Shown here: positions 1 to 12,083 of the stretch, one piece after another
Layout of the letters: each line of letters opens with the position of its first letter
How positions within the stretch are numbered: position 1 is the stretch's first letter
Origin: Mobula birostris
Lineage: Eukaryota
DNA length: 64,000 nucleotides
NCBI RefSeq assembly: GCF_030028105.1
Contig: NC_092370.1
Coordinates: 198,816,005 to 198,880,004 of the forward strand
Direction of reading: 5' to 3'
Program-made: the position numbers and the translations under genes
The notes under the pieces: model-generated
Told to the model about the DNA's origin: nothing
Database searches by the model: none
Seen by the model: the letters and a program-made list of their open reading frames with translations, nothing else

Positions 1-1329
1 AATTCATAAGTAATATGCCATTTAGATATTCGTGAATGTCAAAATGATCAGTAAACCTGTCATGTTAGAGAGGACTCTGACAGTGATTAAGAAATCAAAC
101 ATTCCAAGGAACATACCGTAGTATTCCCTAAAAGACTCCTGGGATAGCAAAACAAAGTCGGGGGATGGGGAATTAAGACTTTTGTTGAATTAAACGATTA
201 TGTGTTATCCAGAAAGCTGTTAATTTCAAAATTTTTTCTAAGTTAAGTTTTAAAATATTGATATAGTATGAGTAAGTTTTACATTTTGTTTAGAAATTTC
301 AATGTATTCATTTTCTTGTGGTACTAATTCTATAGAGTCTGTGGAATAGCCACAGACATTACAGCTCTTATACATAGGTTGGACTCCTTCCTGCTGGCTA
401 AGATATTGAAATGTATTTTTACTATTGACACATGGCAACAAAAGATATTTCTATCATGAAATCAAGCTCAAAGATTTCCACTGAGAACAGTAAGCATTCT
501 TGTAATTAAATCTGTCATTAAACTGAAAGTTGTGCCAGTCAAGTTGAACCTTAGTTTTGTTCATTTTAATTCATTTAATTCAAATGGTGGAATTTAAATA
601 TAGATCATTCTTCTTTTCCTATCTGAAGATGAGACTTTCACCTCGGCAAATATTCTTACTCGATAAGACTGAATGGACTATTGAGACTTTACATTAAAAA
701 TGGTATTGTGAGCAATATCTGAGTAATGACAGACATTTTATAAAAATGACCAGGAAGGAAAAGTGGGCATCTAGATCTTAAATATGAAAATTAATAGTTC
801 AGACTAATCAGCTTCCACATTCTTGTCAACTCTAATCAGTTCTTTTTAAAATGAAATGGCTGTTTGTAGTAAGGAGACAGCTTCTACATTTTTAGTAACA
901 CATATCTTCTCAAACAGCATTGATAGTTCTTTGAGGGTTTACAACATTAGAAGTAAATGATGTGCACATAAATGATAAACTTAAAATATCAATATTTTAA
1001 AGCTCTTTAAAGCCTTATTAGTCATTTTAGTTTTACATTATTCCAAGTAAAAGGCAAAATACCATGGTGTATTTTTCCTTCAGCATTTTTTTCTTTAATA
1101 GATAAGTCCTTTACAATTTCTGGCATGTCTCTTTGATTGTTGGCATTCTGGCTTTCATATGGATTTAAATGTCAGTTGAATTCTCTTGGTATCAAAGACA
1201 TTTTCTTAGAAGTAATAATTAATGGAAAATACTTATCCCCCACATTATTCTGCTACACTGACATTAATGAAGCTAAAACATAGAGCTGATTTATCTTTGG
1301 AAACTTGTTTGAAAGTGCTGTGAGTAATA

Positions 1330-1578
1330 GGGGGTGGTATGGCAGTGTAGTGGTTAGCGTAATGTTATTACCCTGCCAGTGACCAGGATTCAGTTCTACC
1401 ACTGTCCGCAAGGAAATTATACATTCTTTCCGTGAGTGGGGTGGTTTTCTCTGGGTTCTTCTGTTTCCTCCCCCATTCCAAAGGGGTATGAGCTAGTAAA
1501 TTAATTGGTCATATGGGTGTAATTGTGTAGGGTTGCTCATTTGGCCGACAGGACTTGTTTTCTCGCTGTAAAAAAACA
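1330..1578 (+). mobile_element. tRNA-derived SINE (HE1/V-SINE-like)
   Basis: tRNA-like head (TGGCAGTGTAGTGGTTAGC A-box-like; GGATTCAGTTC B-box-like), V-domain-like core (GGTTTTCTCTGGGTTCTTCTGTTTCCTCCCC), A-rich end. Confidence 0.75.
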
Positions 1579-2382
1579 ATGGTATGAGCAAACCGATGCC
1601 CATGTCCTTTCCCAGACAAATATCGGCAGCTCTGACTCCTGCTCATTTTACTTGGCTACACCAAGTTGGCCACATCTTTTACATGCCTGACACCTGACTC
1701 CTGCAACAGACACAAGCTCTGTCATTAGAAGAGGTTACCAGGTGGACAGATGAAAAGATTCAACAATGTGCTTAAACTTTCTTGAAAAAAATTGTACCAT
1801 TGCCACTGATTCCTTGGAACCTCTGGCCCATAACTCTTCAATGTGGAGAAGGAGTCCTTGGTTTGGTATTGAGAACCTTGGCTCCATGCTTAGGGAGCAC
1901 ACAGAGGGCCGTCATGAATGGCAAAAGTAATGCCCTAAATTTCTCCCCGTTTCATAAGCAGAAACTATGGGAGTGGAGTGGCAGGGGGTGAAAATGCCAT
2001 GCCAGTTATATTTAGTTCCATTCAGAAATGATTGTTAGGGGTGCTGTGGGTAGGGGACTGAAAGGCTGCTGCTGATGATGGAAGAGGTGAATATTAAATG
2101 TCTAGAGCAGACGGATAAAGTGAGTGAATGAGGGCAGATAATTTCTTGTGCATTTTATTCATTTATTTGTTTAGAGATACTGCATGGCAACAGGCCCTTC
2201 TGGCCCAGGAGCCTGTGCCACCCAATCACTGCCATGTGTCCAATTAGCCTACTAACCTGAACGTCTTTGGAACGTGGGAGAAAACCAGAGCACCCAGAGG
2301 AAACCCATGCAGTCAAGGGGAGAATGTACAAACTCCTCATAGAGAGTGGTGGGAATTGAACCCAGGTCATTGGTGCTATAAT

Positions 2383-2865
2383 TTCAAGATTGTTTAATGT
2401 CATTTCTTATACATGAGTGTAAGGAGAACAAACTAATTGTTACCTTGGATCCAATGCAGCACAAAAAACCCACAAAAGATAAAGAACACAATGTTAATAA
2501 TAATAACAACAAAAAACATTCAATAAATATAAATACATAAGATACCTTGTATACATAGATTGATTGTATGTCCATAAAGTGACTCCAGGCTGTACATAGG
2601 GTGACTGGCAGGAAATAAAAAAAACTAGTGGTGGAGTTAGTGGGTGTAGGTGTTGATCCACTTTACTGCAAAGGGAAAGCAACTTTTTTTTGAGTATGGT
2701 GGACCTGGCATGGATGTAACATAGCCTCCTTCCTGATGGGAGTGGGACAAACAGTCCACGAGCAGGGTGTGTGGGATCCTTCATGATATTGCTGGACCTC
2801 TCCCTGAACCTTTCGGTATATATGTCCTTGATGACAGGTGGGCTGGTGCGGGTGATACATTGGCA
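2383..2865 (-). mobile_element. Rex1/Babar-type LINE 3' fragment
   Basis: Minus-strand translation PVIKDIYTERFRERSSNIMKDPTHPARGLFVPLPSGRR matches the Rex1 RT C-terminal motif and is followed by a 3' UTR. Confidence 0.75.
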
Positions 2866-2888
2866 GCAATAATGTAATAGCATTACCC

Positions 2889-3813
2889 CAGGGGTTCCCA
2901 ACCTGTTTTGCACTGCGGACCGATTTATTATTGACAAAATTCTTGTGGACCGGCTGACTGGAGGGGTAGGGTTGCCAAGGGACAAGAGTAGCAGTCAAGT
3001 ACATTGTGTTTACCCTGAGAAAGACTACCATAACCATGAAGCCTGGTGCGGGCACCTATGTGCGCCTGCGTTTACGTGCCGATTTTTTTTCTACAAATCG
3101 TTTTTGGCGATTCTGTTCAGTGAAACTACACTGTACATACATTATTTTTACTTTATATAGACTGTGTATTTATCGTATCATTCCTGCTTTTACTTTATGT
3201 TAGTATTATATAGTGATAAGTCAATTATAAGTCACTTATAAGTCATCATAACATTTTAAGTAACATTTGGATATTAAACAAACAGCACATATTTTCCCCA
3301 TATGAACATATAAAATCATAGCAACACACCAATATCGCTGAATCAGTGGGAGCCCTGGGCTTGTTTCCCTGCAACGAGACGATGCCATTGAGGGGTGATG
3401 GGAGACAGCCATACTTGAAGGGGGTTCCTTATGTCCACTCTATTCCGCAATTTAGTTTTCGTTGCATTCATTGCAGAAAACCCCGCTTCACAGAGATATG
3501 ATGTTGGAAATGGAAGCAACATTTTCAGTGCTTTCGTGGCTACCTTAGGATAAACAGCCTTGACTTTGATCCAGAATGCCGGCAGAGATGTTATGTCAAA
3601 CATACTTATCAGCCCGCCGTCATTTGCAAGCTCGAGGAGTTGATTTTCTTCCTGTGCTGACATGGATGACGTGTGCGTATTGACCTTGCGTGCGTTCAAC
3701 AGTGGGCGTGACAGGGAATGAGGAAAGGTGCAGCTGACTCATGTCGCCAAATCACGTCGTTTCCTCGCAGCCCGGTAGCATTTGCTTTGCGGCCCGGTGG
3801 CTGGGGACCGCTG
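2889..3813 (-). mobile_element. Non-autonomous hAT (Charlie/Buster-like) DNA transposon
   Basis: TIRs CAGGGGTTCCCAACC / GGCTGGGGACCGCTG; perfect 8-bp TSD CATTACCC (2881-2888, 3814-3821); ORF 3343-3699 is the hAT C-terminal dimerisation region (LPAFWIKVK...LLPFPTSYLCEAGFS...RNR). Confidence 0.92.
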
Positions 3814-4019
3814 CATTACCCTAACCACTACGCTACCAGGCTGTCATATATAAAGGCAACTTAGGAGTTGTTTGTAAACGTAAATAACTGCAGAAGTGGA
3901 AGTGTCAATTTAGGTTCAAAGGTGAACCTTCTTATGGAGGCAGACTGAGGTACTGAATGAAAACTCTACTTCCACTATCTGCCAAAGTAACACATAAAGA
4001 GAAAGTGACGGAGAAACTG

Positions 4020-4370
4020 GGTTGGAGGAAATACAGTAGGTGGAAAATTTTACCCGCCACATGGGTTTTGGGCTGACATTTCTTACTGATAGATTAGTGA
4101 CCTGAACTTAACTTAAAGAGTATAATTTCAAAGTCTGATAATAAAAAAAATCAAAAATTAGCCATCAGTGAGGTGAATTGTATTAGTCTTCAGAAGGGCA
4201 TAGACAAATTAGTGAGATGAACAACCACATACCTGATAGAATTTAAATGCAGAGAATGAGTTTTGACTTAATTGTGATACGAACGACATGGAGACACAGT
4301 AACCTGATAAGTGTTGGACAGACAGGGGTATATACACACATGCCTTTGAAATTGGCAGGATGTAACTGAA
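4020..4370 (+). mobile_element. Degenerate CR1 LINE RT fragment
   Basis: CTTCAGAAGGGCATAGACAAATTAGTGAGATG...AAATTTAAATGCAGAGAATG resembles the CR1 segment LQ.D.D.L..W...WQM.FN..KC. Confidence 0.5.
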
Positions 4371-5509
4371 TTGAAGAAGTTATTAATTATTTGTTTTTGT
4401 TTTAGAGATTTAATATTGAATAACACCTAAAACACAGAAGATAATGATAACATGTGATTAGCCCAAACAAAGATTTTCCCATTAATAAATTACACTGCCT
4501 GCTTGTGATAACGTCAGCATGCTGGCATTGCAAACAATGGCATTCATTGTCAAGGAGTGTCAGGGATGCGAGGAGGATATTGGTGGTAAGAAGGTGGATT
4601 TTGTGCCTTCAGACTAAAATATTAGGCTTTTCTGGAGCCCCTTACTTATAGCAACAACTTCATCACAGTGGAAACACGGGGACCAAAAGACTAATGTCAT
4701 ATCACACCCATCTTACTAAAATACATTCTTTTCTCTGTAGATTTTCCCAACACTAGATTCAGCTGCTGTCCTTGAAATCATGGTCCTTATCTTTGCTGAA
4801 GTGCATAGGGTCAGGCATGTTGTTCTAATTGGGGAGGCGAGGTGGTGCAATGAATAAACTGAAAGTGATACGCTTGTCTGTTTGAACCAAGTGAACTGCT
4901 TCCGCACCCACTATATAATGAGTGGAAAATCCGAATTAAAGCTAATCAGCCCCACTTAAAGGATTGTTGCACTGAGCTGAAGTACAACGTGGCAGATATT
5001 CTGGCACTTCAGCCAGCCAGGGAAATGACCCTATGTGGACTCTATGGCTTCCTTATGTTGCACTGAAGGTCCTAGTTCAGGGGACCCTGCTTTTTGCAGA
5101 GATCTAGAAATTCCTCCAGGTTTATACTCAAAACCTGCAGGTAGTTGAGGTACTGTGGGCCAGGTGCAAAGCTATAAGGATTTCAATGATCTCACATGCA
5201 TGGTCAAATGCCATACGAACTGACTAGTTTGATCCTGTTCAATGTGTATTGATTGAATTGGCCACAAGTTCCATGTTGAAAAGGACTGGTTTTGTGATAT
5301 TAAGATAAACAGATGTACCTATTCTTTCTGCCTGGCTGTGGTTGCCTCCTGCTGTCCACCATCTATTTGGCTCAATGAAGGAAATCTATTGGATTTATTT
5401 GGTCCAGTCTATTTGCATTCAGATCTATTAACATGTACACTTCTTAGTGTCCCTGAAATAGCCTCATAATCTACTCAGTTCAGGGGAACATAAGTACAGA
5501 TAATAAATT

Positions 5510-5738
5510 TAAAAAATGCTGGTGGGTCAGGCAGTATCTGTGGAGGGAATTGGACAGCTAACATTTCAGATGTAGATCCTTCATCTGGATGGATAAAGAT
5601 GAAGTCCAAATGAAGGGTTTTGGCCAAAAATGTCAACTGTCTGTTTCCCTCCACAGGTGCGGCCTGACCTTCTGAGTTCCTCAGCATTCCGTTTTTTTTT
5701 GAACCAGAATCAAGCATCTACAGTCTTTTGTGTCTGTG
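5510..5738. mobile_element. Inverted pair of Penelope-type terminal-repeat fragments with decayed hammerhead motifs
   Basis: Minus copy 5510-5590 and plus copy 5602-5738 (AGTCCAAATGAAGGGTTTTGGCCAAAAATGTCAACT...GCCTGACCTTCTGAGTTCCTCAGCA), homologous to 21919-22053 and 38217-38316. Confidence 0.7.
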
Positions 5739-5894
5739 CATTAACAATAAGTGCTAGGCACATCCCATAACCGAACAGAAAACATTCTGTGTCTTGTAAG
5801 AGACAGCGAGGGGAGTCAGTGAAAGTTGTGCCATATATTGGATTTTGTGTTTGTTAAAGGTGAATATGTCGCGGCGCGATGACACTCAAAAGTC

Positions 5895-6250
5895 GAAAGC
5901 GTGAAGTAAATTTATTATCAAAGTATGTGACCCATGTACATCCTTGGGATTCATTTTCTTGCAGGCAGTCACAGAAAAATAAAGAAATACAATAGAATCC
6001 ATGAAAAGCTATACATAAGCAAGACCGAAAACATGGAATGTGCAAAAGAGGACAAATCATGCAAGTGATAACAAATCAAATACCAAGAACATGAGCTGCA
6101 GAGTCACAGTCCCTGACAATGAGTCCACAGGCTGCAGAGTCAGTTCAGTGCGGAGGCAAGTGAACCACCCGCGCTGGTCCAGGAGCCCAGTGGTTGTCAG
6201 GCAACAACGCTTTCTGAACCTGGTGGTGGGAGGCCCAAGACACTAGTGAG
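5895..6250 (-). mobile_element. Rex1/Babar-type LINE 3' UTR fragment
   Basis: AAAGTAAATTTATTATCAAAGTA tail-side sequence shared with 11060-11270, 29240-29370 and 30540-30780. Confidence 0.55.
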
Positions 6251-9200
6251 AAGGGAGGGAGACAGGTCAGGCTCAGGTGAGGGGATCTTGGCTGGCATAG
6301 AGTAGTGGGGCGGAACACTGGTTTGTTTGTTTTTTGCTCTCAGGCTGCGGTGTGAACCTTGCAGCGGCAGTGTTAAGTGTGGCAGTGTAGGGCAAATTTG
6401 AGCTTCAGGAATGAAATTTGAAAATCAGTGAGGGAAGTGAATGAATGGAGCATGCTGAAGTCAGCAGACCCTGAGATTGTGCTCCATTTGATGGGATGTG
6501 GTAACAACAGAAGGATTCACTGACCTCAACGTCCTGCCTTTGTGGTAATTTAACTTCTTGCACCCATGTGGCCAAATCCTCCTCAACTGTTATGGCTTCC
6601 CAGCACCCTCAGAGTCTTGAGGATCTTCTGGTTCCTGCAAATCCCGTCCACTCATTGTGCACCAGACATAGACCCCAGAGCCCACTTTAACCAAACAATG
6701 CTATTCTTCACTGCATCCCAGATCAGCTTTCCACGTGAAACGCCTGCAGGCACCTGCTCAAGGCACAGTACATCTGCCCTTAAAGAGGTGCAGGCTGGCT
6801 TTAACTAGTTCTAGCCACTCAGGATATTGGCACCCCGCTGAATCGTCCAGTGCAGTCAGCACTGTCTGGTTCCTGCAATTATTAAAATTAGCAGTCCGCA
6901 CAAAGTTGGCATGGTGCCTGCATTACACCGAATATGCTTGGGTTAATTGCACATTGCAATCTCCTCTCTCCTCTTAGGGAATTATCGAGTTTAGCTCCTG
7001 TAGATGTTTAATGTCACTACAAATACTCAGTCTAAATCTAACTAGCTTTTTGGTTTTAGTAGAAGAATATTTGCATAATTTAAGTACAATCTACTCATTT
7101 GCAGCATTTTGATGTCATCAAAAAATTTCTTACAAACTTTTTGACAAAATGGCATTTATCTGATGTAAAACTCCATTGAAAAGCCTTGATATTCCTCCAA
7201 TGATTATGTATTTATTGTTTAATTATAGTTAGTAATACAGTACATTTGTAATGGTTCAGAGAAAAGGTCAAACACAAAAAAATTAATTAGTTTTTCAAAC
7301 AATATTTTTTAATTATGAGTGATCTGTAGCCCATGTTTACATGAGAAGCTCCCAGCTGTCAGGTGTTCATTGTCTGTCACAGAAACTCTCACTAAGCCAT
7401 GCTGGGCTAAGATAGGATTAGAAATGATGAACCATCATGTTCTGTAAATCTTCTCACTCATGAGCCTGTGAGGTGGATCCTGGTACACTTGATTGGCAGC
7501 ATGCTCCACACGGCCAGTTTGGTCTGCTATTGGCTTATTCAATAGGACTCTGTGGTTGTACTGAATGTCACCTGCTGTGCCCAGCACGTGCTCAGCCGTC
7601 AATTTCCTCACTCGCCCCTTGTAGTGGTGCAGGTGCTCAGGCTATGAGGGGAGGCAGACCAGTCATCTGGGTGGCACGTGGAACATTTGGGGCATATGGC
7701 ACCCCAGTTGTGTGTTGAGAGGGATAACTGACGCCAAGCAGAGTCATCACTAACTTTACAACAGATGGGAAGGAGCACTTCATTCAATATTCAGACAGAT
7801 GTCCCCTCATTCCACCTGTCTTATAACTGGGGCAATGTACAGTCAAAAATGTATTCCTGATAATCATCCAGAATGAAAGCAAAATTATAAACTCCAGACC
7901 GGCATATCTTTAAGATGCATATAATTGCTATGCAAAATGTCCTATTCTAGCCATTTCAAAATATCACTTTACCATGGATTCAGAAATTCAATGTAACAAT
8001 TGCCTAAACTAATCTGCTCTATTGCATCGTTGATCATTGAGGCTATATTCTGAAATAAAAATTTCCCTAACCTGATTGTTTTAATGGAGGAGATAGGATT
8101 TTGTAAATAAATCAACTAAATACAGAAAGGAATTTTCCTTTTAATATTAAACATATCAATGAAGACAAACCTTGTCATGAAGAAAATGCATTATAGAGGT
8201 TAATGCAATTAATTAGGAAATAAAGCAATTATAATTGTACAAGCACAAGTACCAATAGATATTTTAAAGTATATTTTCATGTTACTAATATTTTCTTATT
8301 ACTAAATTACATACATATATGTTTTGGCTACTTTAATATACATGTTAATAGTGGTCTTAACAAATTAGTTTGCTTACACATTTTTAAAGGTAGCATTCAC
8401 ATCAATATTAATTAAGTAATATATTAAAGTGCGAAATTATACAAAGCTAGCCATTCTTTGAAATCAAAATTAAGCCATCAAAATTTTTAATCAAAATAAC
8501 AATAAGAATCGATATCTTCCTCAAATTATGTAAAAGGTACATTTTATATGGTTTAGTGATTTAAAGCCTCAGACCAACCGATTTAATTTTATTTAAATAT
8601 GATGAAAATAAAGAAATTAAGAATATTGTGACAGCTGAGAAAAGACATATGGATGGAATGGGGGTTACCCCCAGCTTAGCAGCGGAGAGCTCTCAAGGTT
8701 AATTACAGATATTAACGCTGCTGTTCTTAACATTCTCACCATCAAGAAGCTTTGAGCTTCCAAATGACCTGGCTGCAACAATAAGACCCTCTTTAGCCCA
8801 TTAACTAATTGATAAAATGTGAGTGTTTAGAATGAGTCTAATTAAATCACAGAGCTTGCAATTAGTGCCCAATTTGGTAACTGTCAGTAGATGACAAAAC
8901 TAGGCTGTGTCGACTGTGGATGTCATAGGAAGCTTTTATCTTAAAATAACATATATCAAAAACTAATAATTAAGAAATAGTTTCAGCAACAAAAAATGTG
9001 AAGACAATATGAATGTTTGCTCCAGTGGCTTGTAGGCCAAGAAGTACCAATAACTAAGGCATATTCATTCTTGTGTGCCACAGTAGACAAGGATCCCAGA
9101 TGGATTGTCAGAGCTTAGGCTGGGATGATGATGAGGCAGTGGGTAATTATTGAGTTGCAGTGCCTGAGCTGTGATTAGTGTCTGCAAGCTTTTCACTTCC

Positions 9201-10949
9201 CTCAGAAGAAGGATTTTTGCTGCCTGTGTTACCCTGCGTCTCTTACCAGTGCAGAACATATTTCAATCTGACAGGATTGGTTCTTCCCTTTGATTGCAAT
9301 CTGTTACCTGTATGTTCCTGCAAATTAATCAGTTGTCCTGGTATGGCTGCACTATCATTTTATTCTCATAATGTAATGAATAAACACACATATCAGTCTG
9401 GCAGTGTACAAAGCATGGACAGTCACTACATTCAATTGTGCATTTTGTTCATAATGATGAGAATAGTCTTTTCAAAGCTGGGCTTCATTTGCACAAAGCA
9501 AAGCAAAAATCATTCTATTGCTTTAAACCTATTTATATGAAAATCAGTTAGGCCAATGTTCAATATTTCAAATCTTTGAAGTGTAGTAGTTGTAAAGAAG
9601 TGTTACAAATTAGATTTTGTTCCTCAACAGGTAAGTTTATTTCAAAGAATCTGCATAATTCTGCACATTTGGTCTTGCATTGTGCACAGCTAGCTACAAA
9701 TTAGTACAATCACCTTGGAGCAGTACAAGTGAACTCCTCAGTTATCTCATAGGGGAATTCTAAGAACTCGGTAAAGCATTAGTCTAAAGGTCTCTACAAA
9801 TAAAGAAGTGAATGACTATATCAGCATCAGGAAAGATAAAGTAAGGATATCATATTTTATGCAGTTTCGATCCGGTTGGTCACTTTCAGTCATAATACAG
9901 AAAACATTAGAACACAAAATTGCTACGCACTCCCTTTGAGTTTGAATAGGCTGATATGATTGCATCACTATTTTTTTTAGAAGTAAACAACCTCTACAGA
10001 TTGATTATCTCTAGAAACAGTAGCATTGTGGATTAATAAAAAATTGCGGCATGTTGTAAATGGACACTATTAAAATATTACATACATCTTGAAAAGCCAA
10101 CCATAGCACACAATTTTGGTCCTGAGTTGATGGCTGGAGTGTGAACCTGCAGTTTAACATTGAAACAGAAATCAGGCAAGATTTTCATGGCGCTTCATTC
10201 ATCCATTGCTAGCGTAGGAACGGGGTAAGGTTGCCAACATGCTAAGTTCTTGCAGACATAGTTGGAGGTTCTGGTTGATGATGTCTAGGGGAGGAGTAGA
10301 GGATAATCCATCTCTTCCCACCTCATGTTCCTCTTTCTTCCTCAAAGTCTTTTCTTCTTCCTCTTCTTGAGGCTTCTGAGCTTCACCTACTGCCCAAATG
10401 ATGGACACCATGCATGGTCTCTCACAATCACCAGATTGTCAACCATAGAGCAGGTCTCCGGTGCAGAGGCAACCAAGTGTCGAGTCCTCTCCTATGTTCA
10501 TCTCAGCACCTTGACAACACTGCAAATTGACACGTGATTTCATTTGAGAACTATTGCATAACTTTAGACAGTGCCACTGCACAATACGCACTTCCCAGTG
10601 GCACCAGATCAAACTGACATAGATCCACCATGTAGCACCATTGTACAAAAGGCTTTTAGTATGGATGGATTTCTGTGCAAACAGATTATCATATGCACCC
10701 GTTCAGTACCAATTGTAACAAAATCTAAGTGGCATCTCTGATATAACTGATATGTATCTTAGAGCATCTGGGTTAAAAAAAGTTAAAACATATAGCATCC
10801 AAAAATGGCTCAATGGGCAACAATCTGCAGCTATTTTTGTGACTGTACAGCTCCTTCTGGTTGCTTTGCACTGGACTTGGTATATGATCCTTCGACTATT
10901 GTGATATGCTTCAATGATTTAGATAAATTTAGGTTTGGTTAGGAGACTT

Positions 10950-11590
10950 AAAGAAAATATAAAAATGGGCTGTGCAATTGATAGTAGGGTAGAAAGCAAG
11001 AAACTACAGAAAAATAGTAATTGACCAGTCAGGAGGATGTTTAGAAAAGTGGAAATTGAATTCAGTTCAATGCTCAAAGTAGAGTTATTATCAAAGTATG
11101 CATACATTACACAACCTTAAGATTTGTCTCCTTACAGGCAGCCACAGAACAAGGAACCCCAAAGGAACCCATCAAAAGACTATCAAACACTCAATGTGCA
11201 GAGTAAAAAAAAATCATGCAGACAATAAAAGCAAGTAAGTGAATAGCATTCAGAACTGAAGTTTTATAAAAGACACAAAGCCAGGCATCAGTTCTATAGA
11301 TATATGAGTTAATGCATTTGCTATGACCAATCAAAGCAACAGAATTTGTAATAAATAGCAGTGTAGAAAAGAGGAACCTGGCAATGCATGTCCCAAGATC
11401 CCTCTTACAAGATAAAGTAGATAAGTAGAAAAAAGACATAAATCTGAAAAAGACATTCCTTTGATAGTCAGAGCTCAGATTATGAGAGGAAGAAGATTAT
11501 GTTAGAACTTTTTAGGCTGCAGTTAATTTCCTACAAATAATTCTGATCAAGACAATGGAGGAAAAGTGTAATTGCATTTTGGAGAATTGG
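10950..11590. mobile_element. Degenerate CR1 (+) interrupted by a Rex1-type 3' UTR (-, ~11060-11280)
   Basis: CR1-like RT remnants on both sides (GTGGAAATTGAATTCA; GAGGAACCTGGCAATGCATGTCC) flank TTATTATCAAAGTATGCATAC... 3' UTR. Confidence 0.45.
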
Positions 11591-11989
11591 GGACATCACT
11601 GGAATTAGAGAATCCTAGCCAAAGGGCAAGGATGGATTTTCTGTGATACCTTTATAATAGAGATGGCTAAAGGGAAATTTCTATGTATTTGGGTGGGGTT
11701 GGTGATGATGTTGGTGATGCTGTGTGGAAAGGAAGAACATAGCTCCCCCCCCCCAGTGGAGGGAGGGGTGATGAGGAGGAGCAGTGGGGTATGAGTAGGT
11801 ATGGTCAAAAAACAGATAAATCAAGCTTAATCAAGATGTAGAAAAAGTAAAAAAAAGATGACAAGAAATATTTTCCCTCAAAGTACGATGAGCGATAGAG
11901 GCTTAAATATTGTAGGTTTTATAACATTTTGAGTATGTTATTTAAGTGATATTCTCTAAAATATTTCAAACCTAGAATTAGAAAGAGAG

Positions 11990-12083
11990 TAAAACACACA
12001 AATTGCTTGAGGAACTCAGGAGGTCAGGCAACATCTATGGAAAGGAGTAAAGAGTTGATGTTTCATGCCAAGATCATTCACTG
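11990..12083 (-). mobile_element. Penelope-type terminal-repeat fragment
   Basis: ACACACAAATTGCTTGAGGAACTCAGGAGGTCAGGCAACATCTATGG...GTTGATGTTTCATGCC is the reverse complement of the family at 21919-22053. Confidence 0.65.

Larger units (their letters stand above)
2152..3845 (-). mobile_element. V-SINE-like element interrupted by a Rex1 fragment and a hAT element
   Basis: Body at 2152-2382 (GGGAGAAAACCAGAGCACCCAGAGGAAACCCA, GGAATTGAACCC). The head resumes at 2873-2888 and 3814-3845 (TAACCACTACGCTACC). Confidence 0.7.

Noticed and set aside
1330-1410. tRNA gene
   Set aside because: tRNA-like head is continuous with a SINE body and lacks a complete cloverleaf
4729-4860. Strong acceptor TTTTCTCTGTAG as the start of a coding exon
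   Set aside because: The reading frame checked closes quickly; no matching donor or partner exons found
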